DNA of 64,000 nt from Candidatus Doudnabacteria bacterium (GTDB lineage: Bacteria > Patescibacteriota > Doudnabacteria > UBA920 > VMFF01), in assembly GCA_028286905.1 (NCBI GenBank), contig JAQBQP010000002.1, positions 56,971 through 120,970 on the forward strand, given 5' to 3'. Positions 9,993 to 19,052 of this stretch are shown in pieces. The first letter of the stretch is position 1. Each line of letters starts with the position of its first letter. A program made the position numbers and the translations under genes. The notes beneath the pieces are model-generated. The model did not search any database and was not told where the DNA came from. It saw only the letters and a list, made by a program, of their open reading frames with translations.

Positions 9993-10601
9993 ATGGCATA
10001 TATGAAAGTTATCACAGGTCCGATGTTTTCTGGAAAAACGGAAGAATTGATTCGGGTTTTGAACCGGGCAGAAATAGCCGGTAAGAAAATTTTGGTAATA
10101 AAACCTAAAATAGATATTAGAACTGAAAATGAAATTGCATCCCGCCGAAAAGCGGATATTAAAGCGAACGAGTTCAAAAAATACTCATCTTTTTACGCTT
10201 ATCCTGTGGGCAGCGCTGCAGAAGTCTTAAGTTTAATAAACGTCCACCAGCCTTCAGTTTTAGGAATTGATGAGGCACAGTTTTTTGATGCCTGGATGAT
10301 TGATTTTTTGGCAGAATTTTTGAAAAATAATTCTGAAAATGATTTAACAATTGTTGCTGCCGGGTTAGATATGGACGCCTGGGGCAGGCCGTTTGGGATT
10401 ATGCCTCAGCTCATGACTATTGCTGATCATGTTCAGAAAGAAACCGCAATTTGCTTTGTTTGTAAAAAACCGGCAATCTTTACCCAAAAACTTAGTGAAT
10501 CTTCTTCGCAAGTAGAAGTAGGCGACTTTGATATTTATGAAGCCCGGTGTCGAGTTTGTCATTTTGCGCCCATCCAAAAACAAAAAAGAATGTTTGAATA
10601 A
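9993..10601 (+). CDS. tdk: Thymidine kinase
   Basis: P-loop GPMFSGKTEELI, Zn-ribbon CxxC...C..C at the C-terminus, overall colinear with Tdk. Confidence 0.88.
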   Translation: MAYMKVITGPMFSGKTEELIRVLNRAEIAGKKILVIKPKIDIRTENEIASRRKADIKANEFKKYSSFYAYPVGSAAEVLSLINVHQPSVLGIDEAQFFDAWMIDFLAEFLKNNSENDLTIVAAGLDMDAWGRPFGIMPQLMTIADHVQKETAICFVCKKPAIFTQKLSESSSQVEVGDFDIYEARCRVCHFAPIQKQKRMFE

Positions 10602-10642
10602 AACAAGCTAAATGAAATGGGTCTGTGGTATAATAATTAGGT

Positions 10643-12037
10643 ATGCAATCAAATAAGAATCGAATAAACCTGAAGCATTTAGCGGTGGTCGCAGTAATCA
10701 CTTCGATGCTTTTTAATAATGCTTATGCTATTGCCGACACTGTTCCTACTGCAACTTCTGTTGCAGATCCCGCTATCCCGGTTCCAGATCCCAACGCCGG
10801 CCCTTCTAAAGCTGAATTGCAGAAGCAATTGGATGATATAGAAAATCAGATCGCTGGATACGAACAACAACTTCAAGGAACTCTGGCACAAAAAAATACT
10901 TTAGCAAATAAAGTCAAAAGTTTAAAAACGGAACAGCAAAAACTAACCTTGCAAATTCAAAGTACAAACTTGTTGGTGGGTGATTTAGCGAATCAAATTA
11001 AAACAACTGAAGATTCAATAATAGCGGCTCAGCTTAAAAGTGACCAATTAAAAGATGACATTGCCGGAACTATATTTACACTCTATCAAAATGATGAGAA
11101 GTCCCTAGCTTCTGCACTTGCTGGCGATAACGGACTGTCCGGATATTTTCAGGAAATAGATAGTACTCAGAAAATTTCCCAAGGATTATCAGTTAGTTTA
11201 GATCAGATGAAAAAGTTAAAAACTGATTTAGAAGCGAACAGTACGAAGCTTGAAGGACAGAAACAAGATGCTCAAGATTTACTTGGGATTAAAGCCCTGC
11301 AATCTCAAGATCTAGTTTCTAAAGTAACTGAGCAAAGCTCTTTATTATCTGACACCAAAGGCCAGGAAAGCCAATATAACGCCATAATAAATGATAGCAA
11401 GAAAAAAGCCGCACAAATTAGAAACCAGCTTTATGATTTAACGGGAGTTACGAAACAAGTCACTTTTGGAGAGGCGTTGGATATCGCAAGCACAGTTTCT
11501 AAAGAAACTGGTGTGCGCGCAGCACTTTTATTAGCGATTCTAACTCAAGAAACTAATCTTGGCAAAAATGTTGGAACCTGTAACAGAGCTGGCGATCCTC
11601 CCGAAAAGAGCTGGAAAGTTGTGATGAAACCAAATCGCGATCAAGAGCCGTTCGTAACAATTACTAATGACCTTGGGCTTGATACCGACACCACTCCGGT
11701 TTCTTGTCCGATGCATGATAGCAAAGGCAATCAAGTTGGTTGGGGCGGGGCAATGGGTCCAGCACAATTTATTCCCTCAACTTGGATGAGCCATAAAGAT
11801 GATGTCGCGGCAGTAACAGGGCATCCAGCAAATCCTTGGGATATTAACGATGCCTTTGTGGCTTCAGCGTTGTTGTTAAAGGTAAATGGCGCCGCTAGCG
11901 GAGGAACTGATGCCGAATGGAAAGCAGCGATGCGTTATTTTTCCGGCGGAACAAATGTAAAATATCGTTTTTATGGTGACAATGTCCTGGCTTTGGCTAA
12001 TAAGTACCAGGCAAATATAGATGCTTTAAATCAATAA
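10643..12037 (+). CDS. Secreted coiled-coil protein with C-terminal lytic murein transglycosylase (MltB/SLT-like) domain
   Basis: Signal peptide; ~250-aa coiled coil; C-terminal LAILTQETNLG...GPAQFIPSTW motif characteristic of MltB-type transglycosylases. Confidence 0.65.
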   Translation: MQSNKNRINLKHLAVVAVITSMLFNNAYAIADTVPTATSVADPAIPVPDPNAGPSKAELQKQLDDIENQIAGYEQQLQGTLAQKNTLANKVKSLKTEQQKLTLQIQSTNLLVGDLANQIKTTEDSIIAAQLKSDQLKDDIAGTIFTLYQNDEKSLASALAGDNGLSGYFQEIDSTQKISQGLSVSLDQMKKLKTDLEANSTKLEGQKQDAQDLLGIKALQSQDLVSKVTEQSSLLSDTKGQESQYNAIINDSKKKAAQIRNQLYDLTGVTKQVTFGEALDIASTVSKETGVRAALLLAILTQETNLGKNVGTCNRAGDPPEKSWKVVMKPNRDQEPFVTITNDLGLDTDTTPVSCPMHDSKGNQVGWGGAMGPAQFIPSTWMSHKDDVAAVTGHPANPWDINDAFVASALLLKVNGAASGGTDAEWKAAMRYFSGGTNVKYRFYGDNVLALANKYQANIDALNQ

Positions 12038-12199
12038 AAAACTTTGGAAAAAGCTGTTAGCAATTATTAGGCATTTAGGTTAAAAATCTAGTGCCTAATT
12101 TAATTTTTAATGTCTTTTATTCCACTATTGTTATTTGGGCCAGTTTATATAATTAAAATGTCTTCATAGAAGACGTGGAATTAAAGAAAGGAAAAATAT

Positions 12200-12298
12200 A
12201 TGTTATATGACAACCAAAATGATCGAAGCAATAACAATGGCTCAAGCTCCGATTCAGACTCGAGCAAAAAGTCTCAATCTGGTGATAGCACCAGATAA
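12200..12298 (+). CDS. Small hydrophilic Ser/Asp/Asn-rich peptide (32 aa), unannotated
   Basis: ATG preceded by AAAGGAAAAATAT and followed by terminator 12318..12346; below the ORF-track size cut-off. Confidence 0.25.
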   Translation: MLYDNQNDRSNNNGSSSDSDSSKKSQSGDSTR

Positions 12299-12317
12299 GC
12301 AGAGCAAATGAGGGAGT

Positions 12318-12346
12318 CAAAAAGCGGTTACTTAAACCGCTTTTTT
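12318..12346 (+). terminator. Rho-independent terminator (AAGCGGTT...AACCGCTT-TTTTT)
   Basis: Perfect 8-bp stem plus T-run. Confidence 0.5.
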
Positions 12347-12354
12347 GCTATATA

Positions 12355-13098
12355 ATGAATATTATGAATAAGTTATTGAAGTATATTCGCTATATTATAA
12401 TCATTTTTAGCGTTGTGCTGGCGATAGTTATTAAAATTTTAGTGCAACGTAGCCTACCTCTGGAAAGCCTTTCAGATATTCGCTTGGGTGAAATTTATGC
12501 CTTAGTCACTTTAATTTACTTATACCTAACGTTATTAGTAAGTCCGTTATATTTTAATTTTCCTCAAACCCCTTTTCGCGCGCTTTATGTTAAGGCTAGA
12601 AGATCGTTAGGGGTGTCAGTTTTTTTATTTGCCGCATTACATTCCTATTATGAGTTTTTTAAATTGCTAGGAGGCCTTTCCGGACTGCAATTTTTAAGCG
12701 GTAAGTATTTATTTGCGACAATTCTTGGAATTATAGATATTACAGTTTTGGCGCTGCTGGCTTCGACTTCGTTTAATTATGCTGTAAAAAAGCTTGGTAA
12801 AAAATGGAAAATGCTGCACCGGATGGTTTATTTAGCTGGCATTTTTATTATAATTCACGCTTTAATATTAGGCACCCATTTTATTAATCTATCGAACGCG
12901 ATTCCGACAATATTTTTTATCGCTTTAATTGTTTTAATGGTTTTGGAAGCATTTAGGTTTGGGAAGTATATTTCAGGACATTTTCCTAAGTTATCTGAAC
13001 AAACCGCTAGTTATTTAACAGCAACGATATTTTTAGCAGCAATTATTTATTTGTATCTTTATGTGGGCAGCGGAATCGCAGGCCATCATATACACTAA
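12355..13098 (+). CDS. Ferric-reductase-like transmembrane domain protein (MsrQ/YedZ-like heme-b membrane protein)
   Basis: LGKKWKMLHRMVYLAGIFIIIHALIL resembles the MsrQ motif LGxxWxxLHRLVY; ~6 TM segments with conserved His. Confidence 0.5.
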   Translation: MNIMNKLLKYIRYIIIIFSVVLAIVIKILVQRSLPLESLSDIRLGEIYALVTLIYLYLTLLVSPLYFNFPQTPFRALYVKARRSLGVSVFLFAALHSYYEFFKLLGGLSGLQFLSGKYLFATILGIIDITVLALLASTSFNYAVKKLGKKWKMLHRMVYLAGIFIIIHALILGTHFINLSNAIPTIFFIALIVLMVLEAFRFGKYISGHFPKLSEQTASYLTATIFLAAIIYLYLYVGSGIAGHHIH

Positions 13099-13100
13099 TT

Positions 13101-13940
13101 ATGAAAAAAATTGGTTTAAAATTTTTGCTAGCATTTAGCACCATTGTGGTTGGTGTTTTTGCACTGATGCCGGTTGCTAATGCACATGTTTTAAAAAGCG
13201 ATGGGGAGGTTGGCGCCGTGCTGCATATCGATCCCGACGACGATCCGATTGCAAATGAACCAGCAGCTTTTTATTTTGCAATTAAAGACACTTCGGGTAA
13301 ATTTGACCCAAGCAAATGCGACTGCCACTTTATTGTTACAAAAGATCAGCAAACCGTTTTTGATAAGCCGATTAGTATCATAAAACAATCAGGCGAATGG
13401 GATGGCATAATTGGTTATACCTTCACCGATCGGGCGATCTACTCGGTTCTTTTAAAAGGTACTCCGAAAACAACGAATGCTTTTCAACCGTTTAACTTAG
13501 ATTATGATATTCGAGTTTCGCGCACTGCTAACGCGACAGCTCCTGGAACTTCAAATAGCTCTTCCACACAAATTCATTTGGTGCATTTCGTTTTATTCGG
13601 CATTGCCTTTATTGCAATTTTTTATATTATTTGGGATGAGAAAAGAAAAGGACGCAAGACCTCAAAAAGGCCTGATCAAATTATTAAAAGCCTTATAATA
13701 GTATTAGCGCTAAGTTCTTTTGTCTTTCATTCCTCAGGTTTGCATTGCTCTGCCAGTCAAAATTCTAGCCAACTTCCTTGCTGTGCAGTAGCGCCAACAG
13801 GAATTATTGTTAAAAGCGTTACGGTTGAACCGGTCGAAATAGTTTGGCGTAGTGAGTTAGTACAATCAAATTTTGAATCAATTCAAGTTGATAATAAGGT
13901 TAGCAACAAGTCGCCGCCACTTCAGACGCAAGTATTCTAA
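13101..13940 (+). CDS. Secreted/membrane protein whose mature N-terminus begins with His (CopC-like?), with C-terminal TM and Cys-rich tail
   Basis: Signal peptide ...VANA|HVLKSDGEV; beta-rich domain; TM segment; CC/C..C tail. Confidence 0.45.
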   Translation: MKKIGLKFLLAFSTIVVGVFALMPVANAHVLKSDGEVGAVLHIDPDDDPIANEPAAFYFAIKDTSGKFDPSKCDCHFIVTKDQQTVFDKPISIIKQSGEWDGIIGYTFTDRAIYSVLLKGTPKTTNAFQPFNLDYDIRVSRTANATAPGTSNSSSTQIHLVHFVLFGIAFIAIFYIIWDEKRKGRKTSKRPDQIIKSLIIVLALSSFVFHSSGLHCSASQNSSQLPCCAVAPTGIIVKSVTVEPVEIVWRSELVQSNFESIQVDNKVSNKSPPLQTQVF

Positions 13941-13965
13941 AGCTAACTTATTATTATATTCAAAT

Positions 13966-14604
13966 ATGAAAAAAACTATTTTCGCAGCTCTTTTAATAGC
14001 TGTCTCTTCTCTTGGCGGAATTAAATTCGCGTCTGCCCATGCGGTGGTTTCTCCCAATCAAGCGAATATTGGCGAGTTTACTAATTTCAGTCTGGGAGTG
14101 CCAAGTGAAAGGGCTTCAGCTACAGTTTCGGTACGTTTGCTAATGCCCGCTGGTTTGAATTACGTAACTCCTTTTGTTAAGCCCGGGTGGAAGATTGAAG
14201 TAAAGAAAAATGGCGATCAAGTTCAGGAAATAGATTGGACGGGTGGGGCAATACCTACAGAAGAAAAAGATCAATTTATGTTCAGCGCTCAAATACCAAC
14301 TACCGCCGGAACTTTGCAATGGAAAGTTTACCAAACCTACCAAGATGGTACGGTGATCTCATGGGACCAAGACCCAAGCGCTGCTCAGTCTAAGGATGCT
14401 TCTGGAAAAACGGATTTCTCTAAAGTCGGACCTTATTCTAAAACTGAAATCGTAAATGATTTAGCAAATGGTTCTATCGCTCCTGGCGCTGCCACGAGCT
14501 CCGATACTAGCGCAGCTAGCTTAAAAAAAGCGAATTTTGCTGCAACGATTAGTATCGTAGCATTAGTATTTGCGATTTGGGCCTTACGAAAGAAGAACGT
14601 TTAA
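13966..14604 (+). CDS. YcnI-like (DUF1775) copper-binding surface protein with C-terminal TM anchor
   Basis: Signal peptide ...ASA|HAVVSPNQANIGEF is typical of the DUF1775 N-terminus; C-terminal hydrophobic anchor; start set at the internal Met (ATG 13966). Confidence 0.5.
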   Translation: MKKTIFAALLIAVSSLGGIKFASAHAVVSPNQANIGEFTNFSLGVPSERASATVSVRLLMPAGLNYVTPFVKPGWKIEVKKNGDQVQEIDWTGGAIPTEEKDQFMFSAQIPTTAGTLQWKVYQTYQDGTVISWDQDPSAAQSKDASGKTDFSKVGPYSKTEIVNDLANGSIAPGAATSSDTSAASLKKANFAATISIVALVFAIWALRKKNV

Positions 14605-14664
14605 GCTATTGACCGTTTGGCTTAAGGTCAATAAAATACATAAGCAGTTATTAAGGAACATCTC

Positions 14665-16353
14665 ATGCCAGAAGAACAACCAACAGAAATACCAGTACAG
14701 CAAATATCTCCAGAAATCCCTCAGGAACATGGTTTTAAAAAATGGGAACCTTTGATGGTTCTAAGCCTCGCTTTATTTATAATCGTTTTGGATGCAACTC
14801 TTTTAAACGTTTCAATCTCGGTGCTGATAAAAGATTTGCATACTAATACCCGTGGCATTCAGTGGGTGATTACGGCATACGCCTTGGTGCTTGCTGCTTT
14901 CACTATTACCGGGGGCCGAATCGGCGATTTAGTTGGTCGGAAAAAAATGTTTATGGTCGGTGCAGCAATTTTTGCACTCGGCTCATTTATCGCGTCTATC
15001 AGTAATAACCTTGGTACAATGATTGCCGGTGAAGCGATAATTGAAGGTTTAGGCGCAGCATTAATGCTGCCTGCGACATCTTCACTTTTGGTTTCAACTT
15101 ATCGGGGTAAAGATCGTGCGATTGCTTTTGGTGTTTGGGGAGGCTTCGCAGCAGCCGGATCTGCGGTTGGCCCTTTGTTGGGCGGCTGGCTAACTACAAA
15201 TTATTCATGGCGTTGGGGATTCAGAATAAATGTGATTGTGGTAATTATTTTATTGCTCGGCTCTTTCTTAATTAAAGAATCGTATGATGATAAAGAAAAG
15301 AAGCAATTCGATTTCATGGGAGTTTTGTTATCAGCCGGTGGTTTGCTTGCTATTGTCTACGGAGTAATTGAATCGACAAGTTATGGCTGGTGGAAAGCAA
15401 AAGAACTACTTAGTATTGGGAGCACTCAGCTGGATTTTGGCGGTTTGTCTTTTACCCCAATTATAATTGCGGTTGGAATTATTTTCTTAATTCTTTTTGC
15501 AATTTGGGAAATCGCGCATGAAGGTGAAGGAAAAACTCCTCTAGTCTCGATGGGAATGTTTAAAAACAGACAATTTCTTTCAGGAGCGATGACCGCGGGC
15601 GTGCTTTCGCTAAGCCAAGCAGGAATAATATTCGTTTTGCCTGTTTTCTTGCAGTCAGTTATTGGATTAGATGCTTTCCATACCGGCATTGCCTTAATTC
15701 CGATCTCAGTTACAGTTTTGTTTGCTGCACCGCTTGCCGGTGTTTTAAGCAGAAAAATTCCTGCAAAGTATATAATTCAGGTAGGAATGCTGATTAACTT
15801 AGCTTCTTTGATAATCGTTCGCCAAACCTTGACCCCCGATTTACACGCTAGTCATCTTATTCCCGGCTTAGCTTTATTTGGTCTGGGAATGGGCTTGGTG
15901 ATGGGTCCAATTAATAACCTAACCTTGTCTTCAATGCCAGTTTGGAAAGCAGGAGAAGCTTCTGGCGTTACAAATACAATGCGACAAGTAGGACAGTCTT
16001 TTGGCGCTGCCATCATTGGCGCGGTATTGATCACAGCAATCGTTAGTAACTTGCAAGGTGGTATCCAAAATAGCAACGTTATTCCTGCTCAGGCAAAAGC
16101 TAGTATTATTACAGCCGTAGCTAACCCTGGCACCGACATTGAATTTGGCGGAGCGTCTAAAGTTTCGGTAAAACTGTCTCCTGAAGTTGCCGCCGAGATA
16201 ACAACAATAAGCAAAAAAGCCACCACTGATGCAAATCGTGAGGCTTTGCTTTATGCCAGCATCTTTTCTTTGTTAGGTTTCTTAGTTTCGTTTGGATTGC
16301 CAAACGTTAGAGATTTGGAGAAGAATCAGCATACTGCTGCGGCAGGACACTAA
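14665..16353 (+). CDS. MFS transporter, DHA2 (EmrB/QacA) family, 14 TM
   Basis: MFS motif GRIGDLVGRKKMF, 14 predicted TM segments. Confidence 0.8.
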   Translation: MPEEQPTEIPVQQISPEIPQEHGFKKWEPLMVLSLALFIIVLDATLLNVSISVLIKDLHTNTRGIQWVITAYALVLAAFTITGGRIGDLVGRKKMFMVGAAIFALGSFIASISNNLGTMIAGEAIIEGLGAALMLPATSSLLVSTYRGKDRAIAFGVWGGFAAAGSAVGPLLGGWLTTNYSWRWGFRINVIVVIILLLGSFLIKESYDDKEKKQFDFMGVLLSAGGLLAIVYGVIESTSYGWWKAKELLSIGSTQLDFGGLSFTPIIIAVGIIFLILFAIWEIAHEGEGKTPLVSMGMFKNRQFLSGAMTAGVLSLSQAGIIFVLPVFLQSVIGLDAFHTGIALIPISVTVLFAAPLAGVLSRKIPAKYIIQVGMLINLASLIIVRQTLTPDLHASHLIPGLALFGLGMGLVMGPINNLTLSSMPVWKAGEASGVTNTMRQVGQSFGAAIIGAVLITAIVSNLQGGIQNSNVIPAQAKASIITAVANPGTDIEFGGASKVSVKLSPEVAAEITTISKKATTDANREALLYASIFSLLGFLVSFGLPNVRDLEKNQHTAAAGH

Positions 16354-17125
16354 TCGAATCTTTTGCTGAGTATTCGCCAATTTTGGTTCGTACTAAACTG
16401 AGCAAAATTGCTTTATTATCTAAATCTTTCCCAAGTTGATCGGCGATAGAGCGTATATAAGCGCCGCTCCCACAATCTACTTCAACAACCGCTATTTGTA
16501 GCGGTTGTTTTATTTTTGTAAAAATTTCTGACCAATTGGATTTAATTTGATCTTGTCTAAAATTACCAGAGACCGCTTCGATCATCTCAAAAATAGTTTC
16601 TTTAACCCGCGTGGAATCTTCGCTTTCAAATTTAATCAGCTGTGCTTTTGTAATTTTGAAAGCTCTTTTAGGAATTGCTATTTGATCTAATTTATTTTCT
16701 TGAGCCCATTTAAATAGAGGTTTGCCCTGAACTGGGACAGAAGAGTATCCTGGAAGTGTAAATTGTTTATCTCCAATATACGATTGTAAAATCTTTTGAA
16801 CTTTTTCTGCTTGGATAGAAGGCCTTGGTTCGGTTTTAGTTAAACCTAAAGCGTCATAAGTATCACTTTCAAAACCGAAAAGTATTTTGGCAACATAACT
16901 TTTATTCAGACTTAAAATTAGTGCTTTGTTCTTTATTTGTTCGCCGCTAAGCAAAAGCAAAACCCCTTCTGCCGCAGGGTCTAATCGGCCGGCATAGGTC
17001 ATAGGTTTTAAAATAGATCCTGGATCCGATTTTTTCAGTTGTTGTTGAAAAGCTCGAAGTGCTTGAAGCGGGGTCCAGCCCAAAGGCTTGTATATATTAA
17101 AGATTTCTTTGTTTGAGTCAGGCAT
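16307..17125 (-). CDS. truB: tRNA pseudouridine(55) synthase TruB
   Basis: Catalytic-Asp region YAGRLDPAAEGVLLLL; PUA-less short TruB. Confidence 0.85.
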   Translation of the reverse strand: MPDSNKEIFNIYKPLGWTPLQALRAFQQQLKKSDPGSILKPMTYAGRLDPAAEGVLLLLSGEQIKNKALILSLNKSYVAKILFGFESDTYDALGLTKTEPRPSIQAEKVQKILQSYIGDKQFTLPGYSSVPVQGKPLFKWAQENKLDQIAIPKRAFKITKAQLIKFESEDSTRVKETIFEMIEAVSGNFRQDQIKSNWSEIFTKIKQPLQIAVVEVDCGSGAYIRSIADQLGKDLDNKAILLSLVRTKIGEYSAKDSISVLPQQYADSSPNL

Positions 17126-17236
17126 TACTCAATTTTAGCATAACTTACTAATCCAAGTAGATATCAGCCCACCACAGAGCATTTTTGACGTTTTAAAGCA
17201 GTTTCTGGGGCGGTTTGACTTTGGTATACCCTCGAG

Positions 17237-17836
17237 TTAATTTGTTTTTACAAGCGAAGCATAAACCACTAAATTTTGTGAATAATGCTTTTCAAGTATA
17301 TTGTATTTTCCGGCACAGGTAATTAAACGAAGTCCAGGATAATTTACATTTCCATAAACTTTATCGCTGGGAAAACTATCTTGTGAAAACACTTCTAGCG
17401 AGTCCACTTTGAATATTGCCTTACTGCCATCTTCGCGAGTAATTTCGATGTGGTCATTTGCTTTAATATCTTTTAACTTGTAGAACACCGCTGCAGATAT
17501 TGCCGAATCTAAGTGCCCAACCATTACAGCAGGTCCTACTTCTCCAGGAGTTGGGGACCGATCATACCAACCCACATCGCTGTAAGTTTTTGGGACTTCC
17601 AGACTGTTGTCTTTGTTTAGGTCGACGTTTATTACTGGAGCATCTACTTTAATAGATGATATTTTAATTTGTTTCGGTTTGGAGGCAGGAAGAGAATAAA
17701 CTGTTTGAGCCGTTATTGCAGCAGGAATATTTTCAAAAGGCGTTACGGGTTCTTGACGCCAAAGTTGGCGGAATGTAATTATTCCGCCAACGATCAGTGC
17801 TAATGCAGCCAAGGTTAATCCAATTTTTGCTTTCAT
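17237..17836 (-). CDS. Sortase (transpeptidase)
   Basis: N-terminal TM anchor, His in VMVGHLD, catalytic Cys in LRLITCAGKY (TLxTC-type), conserved Arg downstream. Confidence 0.75.
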   Translation of the reverse strand: MKAKIGLTLAALALIVGGIITFRQLWRQEPVTPFENIPAAITAQTVYSLPASKPKQIKISSIKVDAPVINVDLNKDNSLEVPKTYSDVGWYDRSPTPGEVGPAVMVGHLDSAISAAVFYKLKDIKANDHIEITREDGSKAIFKVDSLEVFSQDSFPSDKVYGNVNYPGLRLITCAGKYNILEKHYSQNLVVYASLVKTN

Positions 17837-17838
17837 TT

Positions 17839-18960
17839 TTAATTAAGGTTGTTTTGTCGAGCTTCTTTAGTTACAGATAGTAAGCCGATTGCCAACGCAC
17901 CAGTGAGTAAGAAAAATAATCCAATTGAGCTAAGATCTGCGGTGCCGCCATTTCCAGCATTTACTCCTCCGACTGGAGTCGTTGTCACGCCCGCGATGCT
18001 ACCAGCGGGTAAGCTAGTAGGGTCTGTGGTTGCAGCCGCTGAATTTAAAGTTGCATTGGTGGTGGAAGATCCGCCGTTGTTATTGCAAGTTGCGATGATG
18101 TTTGCAGATCCTGCGGTTAGTGAAGATGGTAGAGTGAAGTTTGAGGAATAAGCGCCGTTGCTAGCACTAGTCGCGGAACCAAGGTTTGTTGTTATGCCGT
18201 TTTGATTAACGGTGAAACTCACGCTGCTGCTTGCAGTGGGACAGACTCCAGAGATATTAACTGCGCCATTAAGAGTTGGGTTTGTTGGAGACAAGGCTAG
18301 ATTTATTAAAGAGGGATCACCGATTACTGCAAGAGTGCTAACAGTTTGTCCGTTTCCACAGTTTGCAGTCAAGGTTGCTAAACCTGCAGGGGTATTTGCG
18401 GGCAACAAAATGTTAGAAGTAAAGGCAGCGTTCGCTCCATTTGCCACAGCTGTTGCTGGTAAGGAAGTGATTGTTCCGCTTCTGTTTAGTGTAAAAGTTA
18501 CGGTATTACCGTTGTTACTAGCACCGCAAATGCCGCTGGCGGCAACTGTACCATTTAGAGCTGCTAGAGGGGTATTAAAAGTAATCATATCGGTGGATGG
18601 CGCCAAGACGTTTATCGCAGATGAAAACGTTGAGCCATTTGGACAGGTGGCTACTAATGTTGTAGGGCCAGTAGCGTATGAATTTGGAATGCTTAAATTA
18701 GTGCTAAAAGTATTATTGGAATTTGCGGTACTAGCATTTGTGCTCAACGGTGTTGAAACAGAATTGCTATTCAGCAAAGAAAAAGTAACGTTTCCTGCTG
18801 TTGAGCATGAGCCAGATAGGCCAAAAGTACCGTTTCCTTGAACGGGAGTGCCAGTTAAGGTTAAGTCTCCAACAGCTGCATGTGTTGCCGGAGCGATAAA
18901 AATTACCATCGCAATTGCCAATAATCCGGCCAGGACTTTGGAATGAATTTTTTTAGACAT
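17839..18960 (-). CDS. Secreted Thr/Ser/Asn/Gly-rich surface protein with four or more Cys-containing tandem repeat modules and C-terminal TM plus charged tail (putative sortase substrate)
   Basis: Signal peptide; repeats such as GTPVQGNGTFGLSGSCSTAGNVTFSL / ALNGTVAASGICGASNNGNTVTFTL / LNGAVNISGVCPTASSSVSFTV; C-terminus ...LFFLLTGALAIGLLSVTKEARQNNLN. Confidence 0.65.
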   Translation of the reverse strand: MSKKIHSKVLAGLLAIAMVIFIAPATHAAVGDLTLTGTPVQGNGTFGLSGSCSTAGNVTFSLLNSNSVSTPLSTNASTANSNNTFSTNLSIPNSYATGPTTLVATCPNGSTFSSAINVLAPSTDMITFNTPLAALNGTVAASGICGASNNGNTVTFTLNRSGTITSLPATAVANGANAAFTSNILLPANTPAGLATLTANCGNGQTVSTLAVIGDPSLINLALSPTNPTLNGAVNISGVCPTASSSVSFTVNQNGITTNLGSATSASNGAYSSNFTLPSSLTAGSANIIATCNNNGGSSTTNATLNSAAATTDPTSLPAGSIAGVTTTPVGGVNAGNGGTADLSSIGLFFLLTGALAIGLLSVTKEARQNNLN

Positions 18961-19052
18961 ATGATCCTTTCACTTACATACTTAGTTATTTATGTAAGTT
19001 AAAGGTATCGGTTTTAATATTTTGGCGAAATGTATATCCTGAACAAAAATAT

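Noticed and set aside
15426-16076. Minus-strand ORFs (87 aa, 74 aa) inside the MFS transporter gene
   Set aside because: Shadow ORFs in a gene with strong independent support (14 TM MFS).
17849-18841. Two + strand ORFs (100 aa and 209 aa)
   Set aside because: They lie antisense inside the repeat-rich surface-protein gene. They are alanine/valine-rich translations typical of the reverse frame of a Thr/Ser/Asn-rich gene, with no independent signals.
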